This document shows positions 9,411 to 18,048 of a stretch of DNA of 64,000 bases, in pieces. Position numbers and translations under genes: made by a program. Below the pieces are notes generated by a model. The model was given only the letters and a program-made list of their open reading frames with translations. It was not told the origin of the DNA and searched no databases. Origin of the DNA: Rhodothermales bacterium (lineage in GTDB: Bacteria > Bacteroidota > Rhodothermia > Rhodothermales > JANQRZ01). How positions within the stretch are numbered: position 1 is the stretch's first letter; every line of letters starts with the position of its first letter. The stretch is from assembly GCA_038232935.1 (NCBI GenBank), contig JBBSMX010000003.1, positions 6,443 through 70,442 of the forward strand. The letters are read 5' to 3'.

Positions 9411-9570
9411 CCCCCTCTCTGCCCTGCCGGGCATCTCTCCCCCGAGGGGGCGAGAACGTGGTTTGGGAGCGCCGCGCCATCCGTCCCGCCGCGCTGTTTC
9501 GGATCACGTCCCCTCGCCCCTCCGGGGAGCGGGACAGGCCTGCCCTGAGCAGAGCCGAAGGGGTGAGGGG
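9411..9570. repeat. MITE/REP-like ~140-160-bp repeat, copy A
   Basis: The first ~50 nt (ccccctctctgccctgccgggcatctc.cccc.gagggggcgagaa) and the right end (gtcccctcgcccctc.gggga..gggacag...ggtgagggg) match 62576-62711. Copy A carries an extra ~20-nt block. Spurious ORFs over both copies translate to ...SPPRGRDARQGREGA... Confidence 0.75.
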
Positions 9571-9722
9571 CCTTCGCAGCACCACGTAGTCAAACGGAGC
9601 GCCGAGCGCGGCCCCTCCCGCGATTGATCGAAGACTCACGGCGGGGGCGGAAACGTCGGCCGGGCCGTTCCGTTAAACGAGATCCATTCGCAGAGCTACT
9701 CACCCAAGCCTCTCTTTCCGCC

Positions 9723-10337
9723 ATGGCTCAGTTCACCCTGCCCGACCTCCCCTACGACTACAACGCCCTCGAACCGCACATCGACGAGCAGACGATGCGG
9801 ATTCACCACGACAAGCACCACGCCGGCTACACCAACAAGCTCAACGCCGCCCTCGAAGGAACGCAGTGGGCGGATCGCCCCATCGAAGAAACCCTCGCCG
9901 ACCTCGACGCGCTCCCCGAGGACAAGCGCACGGCCGTCCGCAACAACGGCGGCGGCTACCTCAACCACGGCATCTTCTGGACCACGATGTCTCCCAGCGG
10001 CGGCGGCAAGCCGACCGGCGAACTCGCCGACGCCATCGACCGGGACTTCGGCTCGTTCGATGCCTTCAAAGAGAAGTTCGAGAGTGCGGCGACGGGGCAG
10101 TTCGGCTCTGGCTGGGCCTGGCTCGAAGTGGGCCAGGGCGGCAAGCTGCAAGTCCATGGGCACGCCAACCAGGACAACCCCGTGATGCACGGCGCGAAGC
10201 CGGTCCTCGGCATCGACGTGTGGGAGCACGCCTACTACCTCAAGTACCAGAACAAGCGGCCCGACTATGTCTCGGCGTGGTGGAACGTCGTCAACTGGGA
10301 GGAGGCGAACCGGCGCTACAAGCAGTACGCGTCGTAA
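9723..10337 (+). CDS. sodA: Superoxide dismutase (Fe/Mn family, Mn-type residues)
   Basis: [33 protein letters not shown]... and [18 protein letters not shown] signature. NNGGGYLNH plus NQDNP suggest Mn-type. ATG 9723 replaces the longer ORF-track start 9624. Confidence 0.93.
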   Translation: MAQFTLPDLPYDYNALEPHIDEQTMRIHHDKHHAGYTNKLNAALEGTQWADRPIEETLADLDALPEDKRTAVRNNGGGYLNHGIFWTTMSPSGGGKPTGELADAIDRDFGSFDAFKEKFESAATGQFGSGWAWLEVGQGGKLQVHGHANQDNPVMHGAKPVLGIDVWEHAYYLKYQNKRPDYVSAWWNVVNWEEANRRYKQYAS

Positions 10338-10351
10338 GCGCGCGCTTTTTT
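10336..10351 (+). terminator. Weak terminator-like palindrome plus T-run after sodA
   Basis: aagcgcgcgctt followed by ttttcg directly after the sodA stop. A stronger hairpin (agcggggcgg/ccgccccgct) lies within 10361-10402 but has no U-tract. Confidence 0.3.
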
Positions 10352-10488
10352 CGCTGACGAAGAAGCGGGGCGGTGGGCCGAGAGTCTGCCGCCCCGCTCT
10401 CGTAAGTAGAGGCGGAATAAAAGGCGCGACGCAGGGGTGTCACCCCCCCCGCCGTAGTCTGGTCCATCACCCACCAACGCCTCGGCTC

Positions 10489-10773
10489 ATGAGCTACCTC
10501 GTTGTTACCACCCTCGACCTCGCCGACACCGACCGCATCTCTGTCGAACGCGGCCTCGCGACCCTCGGTCTGCTGAACTGCCTCGTGGACAGCCGCAATG
10601 TGTCGCACGTACTCCCGCAGAACGTCTATGCCGGAGTCTTCGAAGAAGCGACGGCGCACGCGCTCCACCGCCGCATCGCAGGCGAGGTCCGCGCCGTCGT
10701 CGGCCGTGCGCAGGCCGACGCGCGCGTGTTCGTCTCGGTCGGGGGCGATTGGAGCCTGCGGCACGCGGCGTAG
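10489..10773 (+). CDS. Small hypothetical protein (94 aa)
   Basis: ATG at 10489 within ORF 10267-10773 (MSYLVVTTLDLADTDR...). No recognisable family; coding status uncertain in a high-GC background. Confidence 0.35.
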   Translation: MSYLVVTTLDLADTDRISVERGLATLGLLNCLVDSRNVSHVLPQNVYAGVFEEATAHALHRRIAGEVRAVVGRAQADARVFVSVGGDWSLRHAA

Positions 10774-10800
10774 CGGCCCAGCGGGCGGTATACTGCCCGG

Positions 10801-11427
10801 ATGGATCTGCCCGCCGACATCGCGCTCCGCTTCGCCGCGTGGGAAGCAGGGGGCCCACTTCCAATCGCCGCGCTCTCGGCGCAGGAGCGCACGCGGCTCA
10901 GCGGATTCGGCAGCGAGAAGCGCCGCCGCGAGTTCGCGCTCGGCCGGGACACGGCGCGGCACCTGCTGGCCGAGCGCCTCGCGCTGGTACCGTCGGCGGT
11001 GCCACTGCGGGTGGCAGCGGACGGTGCCCCCGAGTTGGACGGCGAAGGGCTGCACGTGTCCATCGCGCACGCCGCCACGGCCGAACGCACGCTGGCCGTC
11101 GCCGCCGTCTCGTATCGGCCCATCGGCGTCGATATCGAAGTGATCCAGCCGCGTCGACCGGACCTTTATCGGTTCGTGCTCCACCCGGACGAATACGGGC
11201 TGCTGGACACTCTGCCGCACGATCACGACGCGGCGCAGGTGCTCGTGTGGACGTTGAAAGAGGCCGCGCTGAAAGCGATGCGGACGGGCTTTCGCACGTC
11301 ACCCAAGAAGCTCCGGCTCACCGTCGAGCCGGCGCAGCAACGGGCCGAGGTGCGGGTCGAGGAGGTCGGGACGTGGGCGCTCCGCTACGCCGAGCGCGAC
11401 GGCTGCTTCGTGGCCGTCGCGTTCTGA
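10801..11427 (+). CDS. 4'-phosphopantetheinyl transferase (Sfp-type)
   Basis: 208 aa. ...FALGRDTARHLLA..., GVDIEVI and WTLKEAALKA are the PPTase core motifs. Confidence 0.8.
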   Translation: MDLPADIALRFAAWEAGGPLPIAALSAQERTRLSGFGSEKRRREFALGRDTARHLLAERLALVPSAVPLRVAADGAPELDGEGLHVSIAHAATAERTLAVAAVSYRPIGVDIEVIQPRRPDLYRFVLHPDEYGLLDTLPHDHDAAQVLVWTLKEAALKAMRTGFRTSPKKLRLTVEPAQQRAEVRVEEVGTWALRYAERDGCFVAVAF

Positions 11428-11428
11428 G

Positions 11429-12317
11429 CTACATCTCGGACTGCACCGCAGCTCCCTCTGGCATTGCGAAGAGCGAATCCGGGGCATCCGGGACGAAGCG
11501 GACGGCGGTGAGGGTGCCGCTGGCCGACGGCTCGCCTACGCCGTCGTCGGTCCACGCGAACGAGCGGAAGCCCTGTTGCAGCGTGATGCTGTCCACGGTC
11601 TGCGCGCCGTCGTAGATCATCAGCTTCTCCTGCGTGTGTCCGCCCTCGGGGAAGAAGCCGGGGTACGAGACGACGTAGCGGACGCCGCCGATGCGGTTCG
11701 TCTCCGGGGCGATCAGCAGCAGGTAATAGTCGTCCGGTGCATCGCCCGTGCCCGCGTCGAAGGTGGCGCGGACGAGGTCGTAGTCCTGCCCCTCAAACGT
11801 CATCTGCCCATCGAGCGCGAGGTTCACGCCCGGATCGGCGAGGACGAACGGCATCGAGACGAAGTAGTACGGTGTGAGCGACCAGAAGCGCGCGTTCGTC
11901 GGAAGCTCCGCCGAGTCCGGCATCACCCACGCCTCTTCGCCCGTCCATCCGAACGCCGCCGCCGAGTCGGGCATGAGGACGTGCCGCGCCCGCGAAGACA
12001 CACGTGTCCACCGTCTGCTCGGTGTCGAGGGCGGGCTGGTCGCCGCCGCGCTCGTAGCGGTAGCGGAAGTGGATCGGTCCGTTGCCGTACCACCGTTCGA
12101 GGCCGCCGTGCGCCTCGATGGCGTCCCACACGCGCCGGCCGGCTTCGGTCGCTTGAAGCCGGGCGCGGGCATCCTCGACGCGGGCGGTGATGGCTTCGTC
12201 GGCAGGGCGGGCGAGATCGGTGAGGGTAGGCGTCGCGGGGATCGGTTCGGAAGCGGACTCCGGATCTGTCGCGCATGCGGCGAGGGCGAGGAGCAGGGCG
12301 AAGAGGAGCGTACGCAT
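11429..12317 (-). pseudogene. Lipoprotein gene interrupted by a +1/-2 frameshift (or assembly error)
   Basis: N-terminal half in the frame of ORF 11793-12317 (MRTLLFALLLALAACATDPE..., lipobox) up to ...ALDTEQTVDT. C-terminal half in the frame of ORF 11429-12727 from ...SSRARHVLMPDSAAAFGWTGEEAW... to the stop at 11429. Frames switch at the (AC)3/(GT)3 run 11998-12003. Confidence 0.6.
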
Positions 12318-12320
12318 GGG

Positions 12321-13424
12321 TCAGGCGGGTTCGAGTTCGGCCTCAGTAGCGTGCCAGAGGGGATAATCCGTGTAGCCCTCGGTGCTGCCGCCGTAGAACG
12401 TTGTTTTGTCCGGCTCGTTGAGCGGGGCGTCGGCGGCGAAGCGGATCGGGAGGTCGGGGTTGGCGAGGAACGGGCGGCCGTAGGCGATGAGGTCGGCGAG
12501 GCCGTCGTGCAGCGCCCGCTCGCCCTCGGCCCGGTCGTAGCCGCCGTTGGTGATGAGCGTGCCGTCGTAGTTCTCACGGACGAGGTGAAGCACGTCGGGT
12601 GCGTCTCCGCCCGCCGTGCCCATCTGCGCGTTCGGGCGGACGGCGTGGATGTAGACCAGCCCGGCTTCGCCCATCCGCTGTGCGGCGAGGCCGAACGTCT
12701 CCATTGGGTTCTCGTCGGTGACCCCATTCGTGCCCTGCCCGAACGAGAACCGGATGCCGACGCGGTCGGCGTCCCATACGCTGAGCACGGCGTCGGTCAC
12801 CTCCGTCAGGAAGCGGACGCGGTTCTCGGCCGAGCCGCCGTATTCGTCGTCACGCTGGTTGGACGAGGTCGAGAGGAATTGCTCGATCAGGTAGCCGTTC
12901 GCGCCGTGGATTTCGACGCCGTCGAACCCGGCCTGCTTCGCGTGCTGCGCGCCCCGCCGGAACTGCTCGACGACCTCGCCGATCTCGGCGACCGTGAGCG
13001 CGTGCGGCGTCTCGAAGGGGACGAGGCTGAAGTCCGGCCGCATCACTTTGCCCTCGGTCGGGGCAATCGCCGAGGGGGCAACGGGGAGCGCGCCGCCGTG
13101 GTAGTCCGGGTGCGAGACGCGCCCGACGTGCCAGAGCTGGAGGAAGATTCGTCCGCCGACGGCGTGGACGAGGTCCGTGACCTCGCGCCAGGCCTCGACC
13201 TGCGCGTCGGAATAGATGCCGGGCGTGTCCGGATAGCCTTGGCCGCGCGGATCCACTTGTGTCGCCTCACTGACGATGAGGCCGGCGGAGGCGCGTTGGG
13301 CGTAATACGTGGCCGTCAGCGAGTTCGGAACGGCTTCGGGGTGGCGGCTGCGCGTCAGCGGAGCCATCACCATGCGGTTCGGGAGCGAGAGCGGGCCGAG
13401 GGAGTAGGGAGAGAGGAGGTCCAT
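12321..13424 (-). CDS. NADH:flavin oxidoreductase / alkene reductase (Old Yellow Enzyme family)
   Basis: MDLLSPYSLGPLSLPNRMVMAPLTRSR..., HGANGYLIEQFL and GGYDRAEGE are OYE hallmarks. ATG 13424 chosen; the longer ORF-track N-terminus runs into a repeat element. Confidence 0.9.
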   Translation of the reverse strand: MDLLSPYSLGPLSLPNRMVMAPLTRSRHPEAVPNSLTATYYAQRASAGLIVSEATQVDPRGQGYPDTPGIYSDAQVEAWREVTDLVHAVGGRIFLQLWHVGRVSHPDYHGGALPVAPSAIAPTEGKVMRPDFSLVPFETPHALTVAEIGEVVEQFRRGAQHAKQAGFDGVEIHGANGYLIEQFLSTSSNQRDDEYGGSAENRVRFLTEVTDAVLSVWDADRVGIRFSFGQGTNGVTDENPMETFGLAAQRMGEAGLVYIHAVRPNAQMGTAGGDAPDVLHLVRENYDGTLITNGGYDRAEGERALHDGLADLIAYGRPFLANPDLPIRFAADAPLNEPDKTTFYGGSTEGYTDYPLWHATEAELEPA

Positions 13425-13523
13425 GCGGAGATCTTTTTCGTAGAGGAGAAGTGATGTGCTGCCGATAAACGTCTGTTGCAACAAATAAGTTCTGAGCAGA
13501 GGCCATCTCCAACAATCCCGCTG

Positions 13524-13659
13524 GTCATTGCGAGCCCTTCGGCTTCGCTCAGGACAGGCTCCGCAAAGCAATCCTCATCGGTCTGCTGGTGCAGGGAGAT
13601 GGCTTCGTCGCTATGGGACGTATCCCTGCGGGTCTTGACCCTTCGCTCCTCGCAACGAC
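13524..13659. repeat. MITE-like element with terminal inverted repeats gtcattgcgag / ctcgcaacgac
   Basis: Read directly. The internal segment gcccttcggcttcgctcaggacaggctccgcaaagcaatcc is the widespread 'cattgcgag...aagcaatc' type small repeat. Located in the divergent OYE/icmF intergenic region. Confidence 0.5.
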
Positions 13660-13806
13660 AGCCATGTTTGAGATGCGTTCCATCGGCGTTGCTACCTCGT
13701 GCGCGCGAGAAGCGACGGGGGCGAATCCCCTCCGCTCCCTGCGCGTTTGTTATTTTTCGCGTCTAACCCGGAAGCGCTTCCTGCCGTCACCCTCTGCGAG
13801 TCCCCG

Positions 13807-16800
13807 ATGGAACCCACTAGCTACACCCCGAAGCAGCCCATCCGCTTCGTCACCGCCGCCAGCCTGTTCGACGGCCACGACGCCTCGATCAACATCATGC
13901 GGCGGATCCTCCAGGCGTCGGGAGCCGAGGTCATCCACCTCGGCCACGACCGCTCCGTTCTCGAAGTCGTCAAGACGGCGGTCGAGGAGGACGTGCAGGG
14001 GATCGCGATCTCGTCGTACCAGGGCGGCCACGTCGAGTACTTCAAGTACATGGTGGACCTCCTGCGCGAGCACGACTGCGCGCACATCAAGATCTTCGGC
14101 GGCGGCGGCGGCGTCATCGTGCCCGAGGAGATCGCCGAGCTCGAAGCGTACGGCGTGGCGAAGATCTTCTCGCCCGAGGACGGGATGCGGCTCGGCCTCC
14201 AGGGGATGATCGACCACATGCTCCGCGAGACCGACTTTGCGACGGTGGTCGAGCTGGACGGGGAAGAGCAGGAGTTGTTGGACAACGACGAGTCGAGCCA
14301 CGCGCCGCGCGCGCTCGCCAGGCTGCTGACGGTCGTCGAGCGGGACATGCTGGAGGAGATCCCCGACGAGGTGTATGCCGGGATGGAGGGGGACGGCGCG
14401 GCGGAGACCTACGCCGAAGCGCCCGTCATCGGGATCACCGGCACCGGCGGGGCGGGCAAGAGCACGCTCACCGACGAGCTCGTCCGCCGCTTCCTCATCG
14501 ACTTCCCCGACGTCGAGATCGCCGTCCTCTCCGTCGATCCAACGCGGCGGCGGACGGGCGGCGCGCTCCTCGGCGACCGCATCCGCATGAACGCGATCTA
14601 CGGCGAGCACGCCGACCGCGTCTACATGCGCTCGTTCGCGACGCGCCAGGCGCACCGCGCCACGAGCCAGGCCCTCCGCGACTCCATCGACGTGTGCCGC
14701 GCCGCCGGGTTCGACCTCGTCGTCGTCGAGACGGCCGGGATCGGGCAATCGGACACCGAGGTGGCCGAGCTCGTGGACGTCTCGCTCTACGTGATGACCC
14801 ACGACTTCGGTGCGCCGACGCAGCTCGAAAAGATCGGCATGCTCGACGTGGCCGACTTCGTCGCGCTCAACAAGTTCGAGCGGCGCGGCTCCGAGGACGC
14901 CCTCCGCGACATCAAGAAGCAGGTCCAGCGCAACCGCGCCGTCTTCGACCGGAGTCCCGACGCGATGCCCGTCTACCCGACGATGGCCTCGCACTTCGAC
15001 GACCCCGGCGTCTCCCGCCTCTACCTCGCCCTGCTCGACCGGCTCAACCGCGACTTCCAGTTCGACCGCACGAGCCGGACGTACGACGCCGACACGCTGC
15101 CCGCCGTGGATCCGAGCGAGCAGGCTGTTATCCCGCCCAAGCGCCAACGCTACCTCGCTGAGATCACCGATACGTGCCGCGACTACCGCAGCTACGCCGA
15201 AGCCCAGGTCGCGCTCGCCCGGAAGTGGGGGCAGGCGGCCGGCGCGCGCGCGCAAGTGGAAGACTGGCAGCCGGAGGACCGGGAGGCGCTGGAGACCCGG
15301 CTCGGCGCGATGGCCGTGTACTGGCGGGACAAGCTCGATGGGCACAGCCGCAGCATCCTCGAAAACTGGGACGCCCTCGCTGCGCAGTACCGGCAGGACG
15401 AGCTCGTCTATACCGTGCGCGGCCGGGAGATTCGGCAGCCGCTCACGCTGGAGACCCTCAGCGGGACGAAGGTGCCGCGCGTCGCACTCCCGCGCACCGA
15501 GGACCCCGGCGAGCGCCTCCGCTTCGCCCTGCTCGAAAACCTCCCCGGCTACTTCCCCTTCACCGCCGGCGTCTTCCCGCTCAAGCGCACCGGCGAGGAC
15601 CCGACGCGGATGTTCGCGGGCGAGGGGACACCGGAGCGGACGAACAAGCGGTTCCACCTCGTCAGCCTCGGCCTGCCCGCCAAGCGCCTCTCGACCGCCT
15701 TCGACAGCGTGACGCTCTACGGGCGCGACCCCGCCGAGCGGCCTGACATTTATGGCAAAGTCGGCAACGCGGGCGTCTCGATCTGCACGCTCGACGACAT
15801 GAAAAAGCTCTACTCCGGGTTCGACCTCTGCGACCCGAAGACGAGCGTCTCGATGACCATCAACGGCCCGGCTCCGACGATCCTCGCCTTCTTTATGAAC
15901 ACGGCCGTCGATCAGCAGGTCGAGTTCTTTTTGAAAGAGGAGGGGCGGTGGGAGAAGGCAGACAAGGTGATCGCCTCAACCCTCGGCAAGCGGCGGCCGG
16001 TCTACACTCCGTATGAGAGTGTGGGGTCGGAGGTTGGGAGTTCGGGGTCCTCTTCCCCAACCTCCGACCCCCAACCCGCGCCCCCCAACCTGCCCGAAGG
16101 GCACGACGGCAGCGGGCTCGGCCTCCTCGGCTGCACCGGGCAAGACCTCGTCGATTGGGGCGTGCTCGAACAGAACGAGTACGATGAGATCGCAGCGCGC
16201 GCCCTTTCGACGGTGCGCGGGACCGTGCAGGCCGACATCCTCAAAGAGGACCAGGCCCAGAACACCTGCATCTTCTCGACGGAGTTCTCGCTCCGCTGCA
16301 TGGGCGACGTGCAGCAGTACTTCATCGACCACGACGTCCGCAACTACTACTCCGTCTCGATCTCCGGCTACCACATCGCCGAGGCCGGGGCGAACCCCAT
16401 CACCCAGCTCGCGCTCACGCTCTCGAACGGCTTCACCTACGTCGAGTACTACCTCAGCCGGGGCATGGACATCGACAAGTTTGCCCCGAACCTCTCGTTC
16501 TTCTTCTCGAACGGGATGGACGCCGAATACAGCGTGCTCGGCCGCGTGGCGCGGCGGATCTGGAGCGTGGCGATGCGCGACCTCTACGGCGCGAGCGCCC
16601 GTGCTCAGAAGCTGAAGTACCACATCCAGACCTCCGGCCGCAGCCTCCACGCGCAGGAGATCGCCTTCAACGACATCCGCACGACGTTGCAGGCGCTCAT
16701 GGCGATCTACGACAACTGCAACAGCCTCCACACCAACGCCTACGACGAGGCCATCACGACGCCGACCGAAGAGAGCGTCCGCCGCGCCATGGCGATCCAA

Positions 16801-17319
16801 CTCATTATCAACCGCGAACTCGGCCTCGCCAAGAACGAGAACCCGATTCAGGGCGCGTACATCATCGACGAGTTGACGGACCTCGTGGAAGCGGCCGTGC
16901 TCGCCGAGTTCGAGCGGATCAACGACCGCGGCGGTGTGCTCGGCGCGATGGAGACGATGTACCAGCGCGGCAAAATCCAGAGCGAGTCGCTCTACTACGA
17001 AGGCAAGAAGCACACGGGCGAGCTGCCCATCGTCGGCGTCAACACGTTCACCTCGGGCGACGGGGTGATGACGGAGACGAAGACGGTCCCGCTGATGCGC
17101 TCGACGGATGAGGAGAAGCAGCGCCAGATCGCCAACCTCCGCTCCTTCCAGCAACGCAATGCGAAGCGCTCGGGTGACGCCCTCGACCGGCTCAAAGCCG
17201 TCGCCCGCGAGGGCGGCAACGTCTTCGCTGAGCTGATGGGCACGGCGAAGGCGTGTTCGCTCGGGCAGATCACCAACGCGCTCTTCGAAGTCGGTGGCCA
17301 GTACCGCCGCAACATGTAG
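13807..17319 (+). CDS. icmF: Fused isobutyryl-CoA mutase (B12-binding domain + MeaB-like GTPase + mutase domain)
   Basis: N-terminal B12 domain ([22 protein letters not shown]), P-loop [13 protein letters not shown] with NKFE, and a C-terminal methylmalonyl-CoA-mutase-like barrel ([17 protein letters not shown]..., [14 protein letters not shown]). ATG 13807 (MEPTSY). Confidence 0.9.
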   Translation: MEPTSYTPKQPIRFVTAASLFDGHDASINIMRRILQASGAEVIHLGHDRSVLEVVKTAVEEDVQGIAISSYQGGHVEYFKYMVDLLREHDCAHIKIFGGGGGVIVPEEIAELEAYGVAKIFSPEDGMRLGLQGMIDHMLRETDFATVVELDGEEQELLDNDESSHAPRALARLLTVVERDMLEEIPDEVYAGMEGDGAAETYAEAPVIGITGTGGAGKSTLTDELVRRFLIDFPDVEIAVLSVDPTRRRTGGALLGDRIRMNAIYGEHADRVYMRSFATRQAHRATSQALRDSIDVCRAAGFDLVVVETAGIGQSDTEVAELVDVSLYVMTHDFGAPTQLEKIGMLDVADFVALNKFERRGSEDALRDIKKQVQRNRAVFDRSPDAMPVYPTMASHFDDPGVSRLYLALLDRLNRDFQFDRTSRTYDADTLPAVDPSEQAVIPPKRQRYLAEITDTCRDYRSYAEAQVALARKWGQAAGARAQVEDWQPEDREALETRLGAMAVYWRDKLDGHSRSILENWDALAAQYRQDELVYTVRGREIRQPLTLETLSGTKVPRVALPRTEDPGERLRFALLENLPGYFPFTAGVFPLKRTGEDPTRMFAGEGTPERTNKRFHLVSLGLPAKRLSTAFDSVTLYGRDPAERPDIYGKVGNAGVSICTLDDMKKLYSGFDLCDPKTSVSMTINGPAPTILAFFMNTAVDQQVEFFLKEEGRWEKADKVIASTLGKRRPVYTPYESVGSEVGSSGSSSPTSDPQPAPPNLPEGHDGSGLGLLGCTGQDLVDWGVLEQNEYDEIAARALSTVRGTVQADILKEDQAQNTCIFSTEFSLRCMGDVQQYFIDHDVRNYYSVSISGYHIAEAGANPITQLALTLSNGFTYVEYYLSRGMDIDKFAPNLSFFFSNGMDAEYSVLGRVARRIWSVAMRDLYGASARAQKLKYHIQTSGRSLHAQEIAFNDIRTTLQALMAIYDNCNSLHTNAYDEAITTPTEESVRRAMAIQLIINRELGLAKNENPIQGAYIIDELTDLVEAAVLAEFERINDRGGVLGAMETMYQRGKIQSESLYYEGKKHTGELPIVGVNTFTSGDGVMTETKTVPLMRSTDEEKQRQIANLRSFQQRNAKRSGDALDRLKAVAREGGNVFAELMGTAKACSLGQITNALFEVGGQYRRNM
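16023..16071. repeat. Perfect 16-bp inverted repeat embedded in frame in icmF
   Basis: ggggtcggaggttggg (16023-16038) and cccaacctccgacccc (16056-16071) are exact reverse complements. The segment encodes the low-complexity [18 protein letters not shown]. Confidence 0.8.
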
Positions 17320-17516
17320 TGTGTGTAAACGAGCGTCCGAGAAATGAGCGTGTCTCACAACAGCAGAACGGTCGCTCCCAAGAGTGAATAGGGTGGGGGG
17401 CTGAAAAGTGAGCGTAACAAAGCGCCGGAAGCGCATGCGTGCGAATGGCGTCGCATGCAGTTTGCATGAGCGCTATCATACGCCTCTTCGCTGCCCCCTC
17501 TGGACCGTTGCTATCT

Positions 17517-17993
17517 ATGAATCCTCCTCGCCGGAAATCCTCCGCTTACATCGAAGCGATCGTCCGTGAAGCCGTAGCTCGGGTGCTACGCTCGGTGCGT
17601 CTCCCGCTGCGCGAGGCCGGGTACGAAGGGCCGCGCTCGACCCTCGACCTCTCGGACATCCAGCACGACTTCCTCGCTGGCTACCTCTATGGCGCACTGC
17701 AGCGCCTGCTCGAGCTCGGCGAGCTGAACGAGGAGGAGGACATCGGCAAGGCAACGCACCGGCTCTACTGCGGTCTGTTCGGGTTCGAAGACAACGAGTA
17801 CGGCCCGTGGCACGTCTGGGTCGTCCGCGAGGGGCTCCATCACCTCCAGCGGCCCCACGTCTTCCTCGGCTACTGCACGGGCCGCAACGACGTCCTCGCC
17901 CAGCTCCGCTTCGGCGGGGCCTGCTCCGCCCTCGCCGACGCACTCCGGCACCTCGGCACCGATGGCACCGAGCCGCTTTTCGGCGTAGGCTGA
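17517..17993 (+). CDS. Hypothetical protein
   Basis: ATG 17517 (MNPPRRKSSAYIEAIV...) inside ORF 17439-17993, preceded by a ~200-nt lower-GC non-coding region. No family recognised. Confidence 0.45.
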   Translation: MNPPRRKSSAYIEAIVREAVARVLRSVRLPLREAGYEGPRSTLDLSDIQHDFLAGYLYGALQRLLELGELNEEEDIGKATHRLYCGLFGFEDNEYGPWHVWVVREGLHHLQRPHVFLGYCTGRNDVLAQLRFGGACSALADALRHLGTDGTEPLFGVG

Positions 17994-18048
17994 ACGGATC
18001 ACGCGCGGCGGTCGGCGCGTAGCGGAGGCCCGCTTTGCCGCCGCCGCC

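Noticed and set aside
11990-12010. Programmed ribosomal frameshifting as the explanation for the split lipoprotein gene.
   Set aside because: There is no slippery heptamer, no downstream pseudoknot and no SD-like stimulator. A simple indel at the GT/AC run, or a sequencing error, is more parsimonious.
13425-13806. Possible cobalamin riboswitch upstream of the B12-dependent icmF.
   Set aside because: I could not find the conserved B12-box (GCCACTG-like core) or the typical multi-stem layout. The region is instead occupied by a TIR-bounded small repeat. A covariance-model scan would be needed to exclude it formally.
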